DNA of 64,000 bases, taken from Nitrosopumilaceae archaeon. Its GTDB lineage: Archaea; Thermoproteota; Nitrososphaeria; Nitrososphaerales; Nitrosopumilaceae. The translations under genes and the position numbers were made by a program. Of this stretch, positions 62,159 through 64,000 are shown piece after piece. The stretch is taken from positions 608,001 through 672,000 of the forward strand of contig CBDBMG010000003.1 of assembly GCA_965207375.1 (NCBI GenBank). The letters run 5' to 3'. Within the stretch, counting starts at the first letter, position 1. Each line of letters begins with the position of its first letter. The notes beneath the pieces are model-generated. The model did not search any database, was not told the origin of the DNA, and saw only the letters and a list, made by a program, of their open reading frames with translations.

Positions 62159-62534
62159 TACTGATTGAAGATCAGTGTAAAATAATCACTACTATAAACT
62201 GGTTGACTTGCATTAATCATTACTGTATACTGATACTCTCTTCCATTGTCAATTGCAGATAGTGATGATATTTCAAATTAATGAGTATAAATTGCAGAAT
62301 TATTTTTTGTATTAGTCATAATGTCATCTACTCTCCTTATCTCTACACCTCCAGTGGTCCATATAATATCAACTGAAGTAGAGATACCTCTAACAGCAGT
62401 AACAGCACAGTCTAGTGTTAGTGGATCACTAATTGTCAGATTTCTCAGTGTTTCATTTCCAGATTGTTCAAAGGCATCAGAATCATCAAATGTCTCATTC
62501 TCAGATATGGTGATTTGCACATCAGGATTAGGTA
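62159..62534 (-). pseudogene. Immunoglobulin-like domain exon with a premature stop
   Basis: AG..GT-bounded. PLTLDCAVTAVRGIST.VDIIWTT...IYTH*FEISSLSAIDNGREYQYTV. TAA at 62278-62280, and the second Ig Cys is replaced by Tyr. Confidence 0.7.
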
Positions 62535-64000
62535 CTACATAAACACAATAAAAATTGAATGTTACTGTGATTACGTACATGCATGAATATTCTATACCAC
62601 ACAAATTAGATTTTAATATTTTTATTTCATGTAAAAGCTTAAAATGTCAAATAAAGTGAGGCTGAGGCATTCTGCATTGTAACAAATACCTGCAAATTTA
62701 CACCTTCTGTGTAAATTTGTCATTTTTATTTCATGTAAAGCTTAAAAATTTCAAACAAAGCGAGGCTGAAGAGAAGTCAATAGTAACATTTTATCATTCA
62801 AAGTAATATTATATGTACCCAAGTAGCCTCTACAGTTTCTTTTCTGCTGTAAGGCTCTACATTATATCAATGCTGTGAAATTTGCGTGTGTGCGTGTGTG
62901 TGTGTGTGTGTGTCCTCCGGGGCCATGTATAGCTAGTGGTGTGATATGCACCCTGTGTGATTGGTTAAACAAGTTCTACTGCTTTTCAGTTTCTGTATAA
63001 TGGCACTTGCTAACAATGGGCTTGGCCACTAAACGAAGCACATCGTGAGTTACTGCCAAAAGAAGAGCAAGGTAATACTGTATTTGCCGTTCCTTTCACA
63101 ATAAAAGGTACATATTTAACTAGCTGTATTTTCCCAACAAGATGAAGTGCTTCAGCTTTAAAATTGGGCATGCTGTGTGGGTTGTGAAGCTTATAAAAGA
63201 AGACTGGTGTACAGTGTTACAGTAAGAATTTTGGCTTAAGACAAGTTTACACTACTTTTGAAAAGTTTTATCACTAAATACTGGAGTACAAAGCTGGTTT
63301 AAACAAAAGAATTAAATTTGCTATGGGTCCCTTAGTGACGAGTCTTTGCTCATGTGATTTACTCATGACATCATTAAAATACATTGAATAACAGTTGATT
63401 TATAGTGGTTTAACTAGATTGTAAAACATCAACTTCTTGAAGTATACAATTGCTCTATTGTTTGAGTGCAAGCATAGGTGGCAAGAGTGGGGGCTGGAGG
63501 GGCTAGAACACCCCCAACATTCAAAGAAAAAAACCTACAACATTAATGAATTGTGATGTCATAAATAATTACAAATTACTCTAAACAGTCATTTATCTTA
63601 TGTAATTGTAAAAGATACCTGCAAATTTACACCTTCTGTGTAAGCAAGTTTAGATCTTATACTTCTTAAATTACGTATGGCTTCCTGGCCACTATAAATC
63701 ACACACACACACTAACAAATGCTTTTTGGGAAAGTAATCTCTATAAATCAGGTGCACGACGCATCTTGTTTAAAAATTCAGAGTCATCACTAAGGAACAC
63801 ATAGCATGGCATCCACATTTAAATTTACGTCTAAACCGGACTCCAGTGGCTTAGTTAGTTTTCAGCCAAAATTATATCTGTAGCATTTTACACCAGTGTT
63901 CTTTTAAAACCTTCACTACTGCTTGGTAGCTAAGTCCACTTTTAAACTGAATCAGTGATTTGCTCATAGCAATTAATGTAAACAGCTAATACAATATTTC

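Overview
This is AT-rich, repeat-dense animal DNA with short GT-AG introns. The gene and transposon content suggests a sponge or another early-branching marine invertebrate, but that is inference. No host gene is clearly intact. Main contents: (1) a decayed multi-exon Kyakuja-Dileera-Zisupton (KDZ) transposase gene on the minus strand (~23.0-16.0 kb) with an unassigned C-terminal domain; (2) a three-level nest (MULE, then a P-like element, then an unknown CACCCG-ended element 'X') whose halves are now ~23 kb apart and inverted, reconstructed from two 7-bp target-site duplications (TSDs) and an in-frame protein junction; (3) an R4/Dong-like retrotransposon inside an (AGT)n microsatellite; (4) a CR1/L2 LINE, a deleted Gypsy element with both LTRs, a decayed hAT element, and many MITEs and foldbacks; (5) an APAF-1-like NB-ARC gene with one frameshift, and an Ig-like pseudo-exon. 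Recurrent TA>TAGCTA/TACGTA insertions look like transposon excision footprints. All alignments and translations were done by eye, so boundaries are approximate unless a TSD is quoted.
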